Shown here: positions 1-8,540 of the stretch, piece by piece
How positions within the stretch are numbered: position 1 is the stretch's first letter
Layout: the number at the start of each line of letters is the position of its first letter
Source of the DNA: Vitrella brassicaformis CCMP3155
Lineage: Eukaryota; Protista; Chromerida
NCBI GenBank assembly: GCA_001179505.1
Contig: CDMY01000927.1
Location: 1-10,292, forward strand
Reading direction: 5' to 3'
Length of the DNA: 10,292 bases
Made by a program: the position numbers and the translations under genes
Notes under the pieces: model-generated
Seen by the model: only the letters and a program-made list of their open reading frames with translations
The model's database searches: none
Told to the model about the DNA's origin: nothing

Positions 1-2512
1 GCGGCGTGACTGCCCAACAAATACAAAGCAAGTGACAAGCGATGCAGCTCAAAGGAAAATGAGAAATACAAACACACGTACTGCGAGCATTCGCCTGACA
101 AAATCGCGCTGAAGTCCTCCCCCATGTCGGCCATCCGCTGAGCTGATTGCCCTTGAGGAGTATCTCCTCCAACGCAGGCATGCTGTTCCACCCTTCTGGG
201 ACTGACGTCAGGCGATTGAACTCCATGTTCAACGTCACCAGCCTGCAGGTGAGAGCATGAAGGTAGGACAACATGCACAGTCCGTGTCATTCTCTGTCCG
301 TCTGCATACCCTTCTGGCATGGTTCCGTTGTCTGTGAAGCCTTCGATCTGGTTGTCGGCCAGATACAGCTCCCGAAGAGCTGATGCCTGGCCAAACGGAG
401 GGAGGCGGCCTTGAACGGCGTTGCTGCGTAAATCGATGAAAGAAACTTTCTTCCAGCCGTCGATGGAGGGCGGCAGAGCGGTCAATCTGAAGGCATAGAT
501 ACACACAAAGTGTACAGAGCACGTGTCCACCTGATGCCTGGCTAAGCCGACCTGTTGACCGCCCCACGAATTTCCTGCAGCTCAGTGAAGCCGCCGAGCT
601 CGGCGGGCAGTGGGCCTTCCAACTGGGCAACAGGCAACGGTTGAAAGATGTATTGAAAGTTCGACTGCTACATCTGCGTCAGGTCAACTCCCACCTGGTT
701 GTATCCAAACATCAGTGTCTGCAGCCGCTTCATCGACGCCAGCGGCCGCAGTGTACCGCTTAGATTATTGCTGTCGATTCTGAAGTACTCGAGCGCCGTG
801 AGCTGAGACCAGGACTCAGGCAAGGGGCCTGAGAAGTTGTTATTGAACAGGTTGAGAGTATTCAGTTTGGTGCAGTTGCCGAGTGACGGTGGAAGAGGCC
901 CCGACATGCCCTCGCCGTCCTGCGCATAGACGTCCAGCCGCCTGAGCTCCTTGGCTTGCCCAAGAGACGCAGGGAGCGGACCAGTCAGCTGATAATGGGA
1001 AGAAGCACATACAAGAAGACACCGATCACCTTGTTGACTCTCCTCTCGATGCTTGCTTACTCTGTTTCGGTACACGGACACCCACAGGAGGTCCGGGCTA
1101 ACCGCCCCAAACCCTTCAGGTATCTCACCAGACAGGCTATTGGTGTTGAGCTTCAGAAGCCGCAATTCGCGCAGTTTGGCCCACAATGGAAAAGGCGGAA
1201 AAGGCCCATCTAGGTTGTTCTTCGAGAGGTCCAGTATGGTTAAGCGGGTGAAGTTCCCAATGTAAGGCGGCACTGGCCCAGTGAGGCCGATGGCCTCGAA
1301 CCAGAAGATCTCCAAGTTGCGGCACTCAGCGAGGCCCTCAGGCAGCCGACCATTGGTCGCTGTTAATCCCCCGTGGCGCGATATGACCACGCGCATTTTC
1401 GTCATCCGGATGCAGATGCCCTAATTAAGAAACACGGTGGTGTGGTGGTGTGGTGGTTGGTCTGAATGGTTTTTTTACCTCAGGGAGGAAACCTTCAAAC
1501 TTGGTGAAGGACAGAGTGAACACTTCCAGCGCTGAGAGATCAAGAAGAGATGTCGGTAGAGGGCCTCCCAGGACAGGTGCATTGGTATAGTTCTGCCCCT
1601 CAAGCATGAGTGCCTGCAACTTGCTCAGGTTGCCAATCGACGATGGCATTGGGCCAGAGAGCTCCGTCTGACACCATACACCACAGAAAAAGCAAAGCAG
1701 ACGGCAGCACTGTTGACTGCGTGACATTATCTTCCTGTCTGTCTTTCTCTCTTTACCGAGTGTATATCGATGATCCTGATTGAGGTCATTTCCCCAAGTC
1801 TTTCGTCCAGCTGTCCAGTGAAGGGCATCTCAAACAGAAACACCACCAGCACAGCCCGTAAGTCATAGAACGATCTGCTGAGTGTCAGCTGAAGCCCTAT
1901 ACGCGCTGCCACTTTCTGAGGCAGTGGCGACACATCGCTGAAGCTCATCGCCCCGACCAGCGCCAGGACATAGCCTTCCTCATCTGTCGCCTCGTCTCGG
2001 ACACAGACGATGAAGGACGTGGCACAGACGTTCGCTGCGAGAGTGCTGTCAGTGTCATTAGGTAGCACAGAGAGAAGCCCCGACTCATCCACAAACTCCC
2101 TCAGCGCCCCGGCGTCTTGCTGGCACGAAGCGCACTCACTCAGCTCTGTCAGGTTCTCCAGCGGCATGATACGAAAGGCATACTCGAGAGCGCCACTGGA
2201 AGTGATCTGCGAAGTACGTACGCCACACGTGCAAATGACGCACGTCTTACCCATGAATGTCAGGCAGACAGGCAGCATGCCCTGTAACTGCTTACGGTGT
2301 GCTGTGATTGAAATTGGAATCTGAACACAGACGTGCACATGCATTGCTGTGTATGCGCGGCGGATATGTTACCTGCGCGATAGAAGCTCCCACTTCTCTG
2401 GCGTCTGCCATGACGACGTGTTGAGAGTTGGATCTGCGGCAGCGGCATACAAGACGGCGAGCACCGACAGCAGCCGATGATGAAGGCCTAACAAGCGGTA
2501 AGTATGTGACAT
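1..2512 (-). CDS. Secreted/membrane leucine-rich-repeat protein with plant-type (LRR-RLP/RLK-like) ectodomain; 3' end lies outside the window
   Basis: Hand-spliced minus-strand exons 2512-2373, 2320-2296, 2206-1757, 1667-1479, 1420-1061, 988-695, 622-552, 486-310, 242-82, 9-<1. All introns are GT-AG (52-89 nt) and the phases join into one open frame of about 625 aa. N-terminus MSHTYRLLGLHHRLLSVLAVLYAAAA|DPT looks like a signal peptide. SCQQDAGALREF...NVCATSFIVC resembles the plant LRRNT_2 cap. About 18 repeats match LxxLxLxxNxLsGxIPxxLG (e.g. FTRLTILDLSKNNLDGPFP, CTKLNTLNLFNNNFSGPLPESWSQ). Confidence 0.9.
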
Positions 2513-2864
2513 CCTCCGCTAGTGACCTCCGCCAGTGACCTCAGACAGACTTATCGGCCACTTCATTCGATCATTGACCGAGGATCTTTCAAGCTGCCTG
2601 TGTGCGAGTACATGATCAGCCGCGGTTTCATATGATCAGATGTCCACGGGCTCCGTGCTTCTATGAAAGCTAACCTCTTTCAAGCTCGCACTCGAGTTCC
2701 GTTTCTGCCGCTTTATTGCAAGATGAAGACCACCTGCTCGGCTCTCCGTTTCGTCATCGTGGCGGCGGAACTGCTGTGTCTGACGGCCACTAGACACCGC
2801 TCCATCGGCACAATCCCGGAGCAAAATATGTGTTGTGTCCGATGGATCAATGTTTTAATGGATG

Positions 2865-2916
2865 CCTGCTTGTCTGTCTGTCTGTCTGTCTGTCTGCTTG
2901 TCTGTCTGTCTGTCTG

Positions 2917-2948
<32 letters not shown>
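2865..2948. repeat. (TCTG)n tetranucleotide microsatellite, about 21 units, with three variant units
   Basis: Read directly. The CTGCTTG variant recurs at 2866, 2894 and 2914. It generates the low-complexity ORFs (SVCLSVCL / QTDRQTDR). Confidence 0.97.
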
Positions 2949-3127
2949 CCCGACGTGTGTGTGTGTTGTGTCTCATGTGTGGATGAGGTGTCTCTGCCAG
3001 CACTCTCTGACTGTCTGTATGGATAACCGTGTGTGTCACAGTGTAGCGCTGTGTGTGCAAATCGGGCCTGTATTTGTGAGTCATGCCTTGTTGAATCATG
3101 CCTCAGACTCAGCAATCTTCACTCAGA

Positions 3128-3152
3128 CTTATTGACACCGCCTTATTGACAC
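3128..3152. repeat. 11-bp direct repeat CTTATTGACAC x2 separated by CGC
   Basis: Copies at 3128-3138 and 3142-3152. Confidence 0.85.
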
Positions 3153-3340
3153 TGCAAATCCAAGCAAACTCCACGGAAAAAGTACACACACTCCGTTCTC
3201 TGCTGGAAGCCACGTAGACAACCCTATGGCGTGGCAGCTTGGAGCGCTCGGCCCTTCAGGTCTCCCCTCTGTGTCCTCATTGACAGAGCATTCCAGAGGA
3301 GCCAGCGAGTCAACCTCATAGATGAAACGTAGCCGTCTCA

Positions 3341-4236
3341 TCATCTTAACTCGTCTGCCCCGCGGTAGCCCTTCAAGCGATAGAATGATTTGAAGTCGTC
3401 GCCTTTTCGCTTCCTCCCGATGGCCTCCACAAGGTAGTCCATAAGGGCCTGCGGCTCGATGGCCAGCCAAAACATCCGCTCTGGTTTGAAGTAGAGTCTC
3501 TTCTCCGTGTCATGACTGCCATCCGCCCACTCTGGGTCGAAGAAGGCAATGTTGACGACAAGCAATGACGCCCCATCCGTGATAAAGCCGTGCGTCATCC
3601 CGTCACCCAACAGCCTCTTCAGAAGCGCCTCCTCCTGCCGCCAGCCATTCAGGGGGCCGGGAGTTGTGATGACAAAGAGGAGCCTCTCGTCTTCGCACTC
3701 CAATATGGTGTAATGGACTTCAGATACTTGAGAGCGGTCATCTTCGTCATTCATGTTGTATGCATCAATGACCTTCCTGATGAGAAGGCCGGTCTTGCGA
3801 AGCTGGTCCAGTAAGGGACAAACGAGGTTGTGAAACAGGTTGGCCGCAAGCGACCGAATGGTACCGCACGGAAGAGATCTGCTGTGCTGGAACTCGTCTC
3901 TGATCAGGCCAAGGGTTTCATCGTCGGGTACCACTCGAGGGAGGTCGCTTTGATGGCTCTCAGCTGAAGAGGAGTGTACAGTCTGCATACACAATCACAG
4001 ATGCATCAAGCCAGATCTAGATGTCGGTGTGTCGGCCTTACTGTTGTGGTATCATCTTTGACCCTTGCTGCACGACGCGATGGAGCTGATTTCCCCCTGA
4101 GTGCTCCACGGTGTGGCCACGGCGGCACGAACAGGCTCTGAGGGATGGCTGGATCACGAAGGGCGTGGCCATGCGGGATCAAGTGCGGGAGGACGACCGC
4201 CGCAACGACACAGAGCCAACACGGCCGGACCATCAT
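3341..4236 (-). CDS. Hypothetical 278-aa protein with signal/transit-like leader and possible degenerate HsdR-N-like restriction-endonuclease fold
   Basis: Exon 1 4236-4042 (MMVRPCWLCVVAAVVLPHLIPHGHA...KDDTTT), a 59-nt GTAAGG...ATGCAG phase-0 intron 4041-3983, then exon 2 3982-3341, the open 214-codon frame. Exon 2 reads as globular protein. The 3' end is uncertain (see findings). The fold assignment is pattern-level only. Confidence 0.7.
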
Positions 4237-4244
4237 CCCGGGAG

Positions 4245-6723
4245 ATGGACTCTGTTGACGTGGGGATCAGCCTTGAGCTGATTCACAATGGCATCGTTAC
4301 TAAGGAGGTGCGCCTCGTCAATCGTGCCCTTCGCAACATCTCGTGGCAGCGCCGCCGAATGTCCGTCGCCGACTTGCTCAAGATGGTCAAACTGGTGCTC
4401 AAGAACACGCCATACAAGGAGCGGCTCGTGGGGATGCTGGAGGGGCAACAGCAGGTATGTGGTGGCAATGTGGGTGGCGGAGTACCTGTGAATGCTTTGC
4501 TCTATTTCTGCATTTCTGCCATGCATATCAGTCTGAGGATGTCGAGATGGCCCCACCCCCTCTGCCGAACGGTGTGGCTGCCCCGTCGTCACACAGTCCT
4601 TCGCCATTCCCCTTCCACGAACACCACTTCGACATTATCATGCCTGAATGTGAGATCTATCTCGGCATACTCGTCGTCACGCATTTCGTCGACAAGAAGC
4701 TGACTCAAAAGGTCAGGCACGCGCCTTGCTATGATGCGATTGTGTGACTGTGTGGCTGTGTGGCTGTGTGCTTTTTGCAGGCCGTGTCAGGAGCCGATTT
4801 GGTTGTGAGTCGTGCCAAGTCGTACAACAGACGGTCTCTGGACCCTCTGGCCGCACGGGTGGGCACATGAACATGCCATTCAAATGCATATCTTCTCACC
4901 TGTCATGGGGCGGTTCTGCAGGCATACTTTTGTTTGTCTCGTGCGTACGAGCTGGATGGGCGCCTGTCAGAGATACGAGAGTAGGAACCAACATCAAAAT
5001 GTGCCATGTACTGGGTGTGGGTGTGGGTGTGCGTGTGTCCTATGTGACAGGGATTTGATGGCAGCGTACCGCACAGCGTCGCTACATCATGACCTTGTGG
5101 GACAGGTGACGTCATCCTTGCACAGTGGTCACCTCTTCAGCCTGCCTGGCCTTTGTGTGTGTCCTCAGGCCACTCAGCTGAAGACCTGCTGCTGAGAAAT
5201 TACCTGGCATACAACCTCTACGAGATGGCGCTCAAGCTCGTGTCCAAGACAACATTTCCTGAGAATCTGCGGTCCAGTGCGCAGTACGCTCGGTACCTCT
5301 TCTATATCGGTCAGCAGCCACAACACAAAGGCATCACATCACCACCACACGCGCACGCACGAGTCGTTCCCTACTTTCAGGCCGCATCAAAGCTGTCCAG
5401 CTGGAGCACTCAGACGCCCACGGCAAGCTCACCACCGTAAGCCTGCAGTTGGTGCCATTGGAAGCCCACTTATCCATTCATGTATTGTTCGTGTGTCCCA
5501 TCAGGCAATCCGCAAAGCTCCCCAAGGCCCCAAGGCTGCGCGGGGATTTCGTTTGGCGGTCAGACACCGTGTGGCACTGTCACTTGACACTGGACGCGAC
5601 TTCCATTGTTGATGTGGTTGTGCGTGGTGTCAGGCCACCAAGATGGCAATTGTTGTCGAGTTGCTGATGGGTGACATCCCTGACCGATCCACGTTCAATC
5701 AGGACGAACTCAAGAAGTCCCTCTCTGCCTACGAGGCCATCGTTCAGGTGACCCCAAGACGCGGCAGACAAGATGAGCTCGCCTGCACCCTTCGCTTCTC
5801 CTTGGTTACCTTGCCTCCAGGCTGTTCGCACAGGTGACTTGCATTCGTTCAAGAATGTAATGGATTCGAACAAGGACCTGTTCAAGAGGGACGGGACGCT
5901 CTTTCTCATCCGCCGGCTGCAGTCTAACGTCATCAAAGCGGGCCTGCGGCTCATCAACCTGTCCTACAGCCGAATCTCACTTGTGAGGCAAATACGGAGG
6001 GGACGCCACAGACGAGATGACACATATTGAGAGTCGATAATGAATGGTCGCGGCTCGCGTTCTGTTTGTAGGCTGATGTGGCAATGAAGCTGGGACTTGA
6101 TTCGGCTGCTGATGCGGAAGGAATCGTTGGCAAGGTATTCCCTGCAAAGAGGCAAGTGTGTCGATTTTCATGTTGACGTGTCCTTTCAGGCGATTCTGGA
6201 CGGAGTCATCGAAGCGTCAATTGACCACGACAAGCAATATGTGCAGAGCAAGGTGATTCGTTCACAAGCTGGGCAGGTAATAGCAGTAACACATTTTGCT
6301 CTCGTCTGTGTAGGCCAATACTGACGTCTATGCTTCCGATGAGCCACTGAAAGCCTTCCACAAGCGCGTATACTTCTGTCTTCAGCTCCACAACGATGCT
6401 GTCAAGGTGTGCAGTCAGAATGACGTGGGCTGAAGCGTTGCAATGGTGTCTGTGGTTATTGCAGGCAATGCAGTACCCGGACGAGGTGGGCTGTGAGGTA
6501 GTTTGTGAGCATAGTGACATCATCCTTGTGGCATGGATGTGTGCATGTGTGTTTCTCAGAAGACGGACGATGCCGAAGAAGCCGAGATACGACGGCAGAG
6601 AGAGAAGGAGATCCTGGCACAGGTGCGATTCGATGGGAACGCGTCTGGTGTGCGGAAAATCACGTGTCACTTTTCTGCCAGGCCGGCGAGGAGGAGGGTG
6701 GCGACGACATGGACTTCTTCTGA
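4245..6723 (+). CDS. RPN3: 26S proteasome regulatory (lid) subunit RPN3/PSMD3, PCI-domain protein, about 483 aa, 16 exons
   Basis: Exons 4245-4454, 4532-4711, 4781-4858, 4922-4980, 5051-5105, 5169-5309, 5381-5436, 5505-5558, 5634-5747, 5821-5982, 6072-6134, 6190-6252, 6314-6406, 6465-6485, 6560-6622, 6682-6723. All introns are GT-AG, 55-89 nt. Diagnostic RPN3 motifs appear in order: PECEIYL, NRRSLDPLAAR, YRTASLHHD..GQ, LLLRNYL, ARYLFYIGRIKAVQL, AIRKAPQ, VELLMGDIPDR, AVRTGDL, NVIKAGLRLINLSYSRISL, DGVIEASIDH, AFHKRVYFCLQLHNDAVKAMQYP, acidic tail DDMDFF*. One 2-nt frame discrepancy near 5182. Confidence 0.97.
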
Positions 6724-6788
6724 GTGTCACACCTTAGCCTTTGCGTTGTTGCCTGAAGAAAGGACAACCACGGGATCGTTGCGCTTTT

Positions 6789-6852
6789 GACATGAAGCCC
6801 TTGTTGAATGAACCTCGATGACCGAATGAACCTCGATGACATGAAGCCCTTG
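6789..6852. repeat. Nested A-B-B-A direct repeat downstream of the RPN3 stop
   Basis: A=GACATGAAGCCCTTG at 6789-6803 and 6838-6852; B=GAATGAACCTCGATGAC at 6806-6822 and 6824-6840. Confidence 0.9.
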
Positions 6853-7738
6853 GTTCTTTCCTGTGCGCCTGAGAAGCGGTGCTCGATGCAATTTGACTGC
6901 ACACATTCATATGTGCATCTACACCCCATCATGCACGCATGTATGTATGAATGTGTGTATGGATGTGATGTCGCTTTGCATGAGACAAAATCTACCGAAA
7001 GACAAAAGTCCATGAGTGCAGCAGCGGTCGGTCGGTCGGTTGCAGTCCATGGGCAGTTCCGATTCACGAAATGCCTTTACACACTTTGCAGCCAGGATCT
7101 CATCAACGATTCCATCGTCGATGCAGTCGGGTTGCCATCCGATGACCCGCCCCCACAAATGTCATGTGCTGTCCCACATCGGTGAGTTGAGGCGCTGCCG
7201 ATCTCATGCATGAGCTTCCAGCACTCACAGATACCTCAATTGATGTGTCCCTCTGCAGTTCGTTTCATGAGAGACCGACAGACTCTGCCTGCCATTGCTA
7301 TGAGTCAATGTATTCCCACACACTTGTCCCTCTTGAGCGAAAAAGGCCGGTGAAGACCTTTCCTGTAGTTAGCTGAATAGAGGATCTGCTGGGCGGTAAG
7401 TCCCAGAGTAAGAGTGTTTTTACTTTAATAAGACCGATGGACTGGCCAGTCAGTCAAAGTTGTTTCTGTCCATGTATGGCATCATGAAGGGTGGTCAACA
7501 CAGATCTCACTTCGGTGATGGCTGATAAGATCGTGTCTCCTCAGAATGCTTTCCTTGTCTTTCCTTGTCTTCTCCTCTCTCCACCCGTTGCACAGCAATA
7601 TACCCTAGCTCACAAGCTCGCAGTGGTTCGTCTTGCCAAGCTGGCAATCCTGACACCTCTGCTTGTTGTCGTGCAGGTCGATTGAGATGCTGTTTGCTCC
7701 CAGGTAGAGTCATCGCACCATGCACGTACCTAAGGCGA

Positions 7739-7771
7739 GGGGAGAGGGAGGGATAGAGGGAGGCGGGAGGG
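7739..7771 (+). other. Potential G-quadruplex in the first coding intron of the effector-like gene
   Basis: GGGG-AGA-GGG-A-GGG-ATAGA-GGG-AGGC-GGG-A-GGG: six G-tracts of 3 or more with loops of 1-5 nt. Confidence 0.55.
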
Positions 7772-8540
7772 ATAGCACTCATCCACGCACCCATCTCATC
7801 TGCCTGTCTGTGTTGGTGTGTGGGTGGCAGGCAGATCCGTGGTGAGTGCGACCATCCAGCATGACCTCGGTTGCATCACGATGTGTGATGTGTGTCACGC
7901 TCATGTATCTTGCATGTTTCTGCCTGTTTGCTTTCCTATTTGCCCAGGTGCCTTGTACCTGTTGGTCATGCTGGAAGGATGGCTCTTGTGTTGCGTGGCT
8001 GAGAGGGCAGTGCCGGCATCCGTGGCATTCCTGCACCGCTACACCCCGACCCACATCGGTGCGGGCCACCGCGACCACAGCACTGCTGACAAGACAACCA
8101 CAAGGCTGCTGCCTCTGGATCGCCTTTTGAAGGCCACGCGCGGCGAGCTGCCCTTACGTAGGTCCGTCGTTGTCTAGATCGGAGGGGTGGGGCGGGCCAG
8201 CCAGCCAGCCAACGAGAGAGGCGGGCACTGAGTCATTCACTCAAGTATTGTCTGTCTGCCTGCAGATGCCGTCCGCGGCAGGAATGATGTGGAGATCAAG
8301 GCCGCCGACCTGATCAGCGTCGGCAAGCTGACCAGCCCCACTGACCGTGACCCCACTGGCGTGCCCAGCGTCACTCTCAACCCCGACCAGAAAGTACCCT
8401 ACGTCGGCCAGCCTGCTCTGGAGGAGATCACACAAGAGCTTATCCGCCAGTGTGAAACGATAGACGGGGGTCGTAGGGGACCCTACAGGCGTGTGGCGCC
8501 GACGGCTATCAGCCGCTTTTGATTTGGAGGAAAAACGAGA

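Noticed and set aside
2506-2542. Degenerate 13-bp tandem GTGACCTCCGC(C/T)A spanning the LRR start codon
   Set aside because: Only about 2.5 imperfect copies, consistent with ordinary local slippage.
2663-3135. Several 85-128-aa ORFs on both strands, one with a hydrophobic stretch (MKTTCSALRFVIVAAELLCL)
   Set aside because: They stay open because the TCTG/TG repeats lack stop codons; I found no domain and no convincing exon chain.
4101-4244. Upstream extension of the RPN3 exon 1 frame
   Set aside because: It begins at GTG, not ATG, has low-complexity content, and is the antisense of gene 2 exon 1. RPN3 similarity begins after ATG 4245.
5106-5140. 35-nt intron that would keep RPN3 in frame
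   Set aside because: It is much shorter than every other intron here (52 nt or more), inserts PAWPLCVSSGHSAED into a conserved helix, and bypasses a typical acceptor at 5168. Not formally excluded.
6789-6852. CRISPR-like or mobile-element interpretation of the repeats
   Set aside because: Only two copies per unit, no unique spacers, eukaryotic context, and no cas or transposase gene.
6730-7213. ORFs of 65-135 aa downstream of RPN3 (e.g. 6808-7185)
   Set aside because: They derive from the duplication and ATGT/GTC-rich low-complexity sequence. Only the short stretch DLINDSIVDAVGLPSDD looks coding, and it does not splice into a longer frame.
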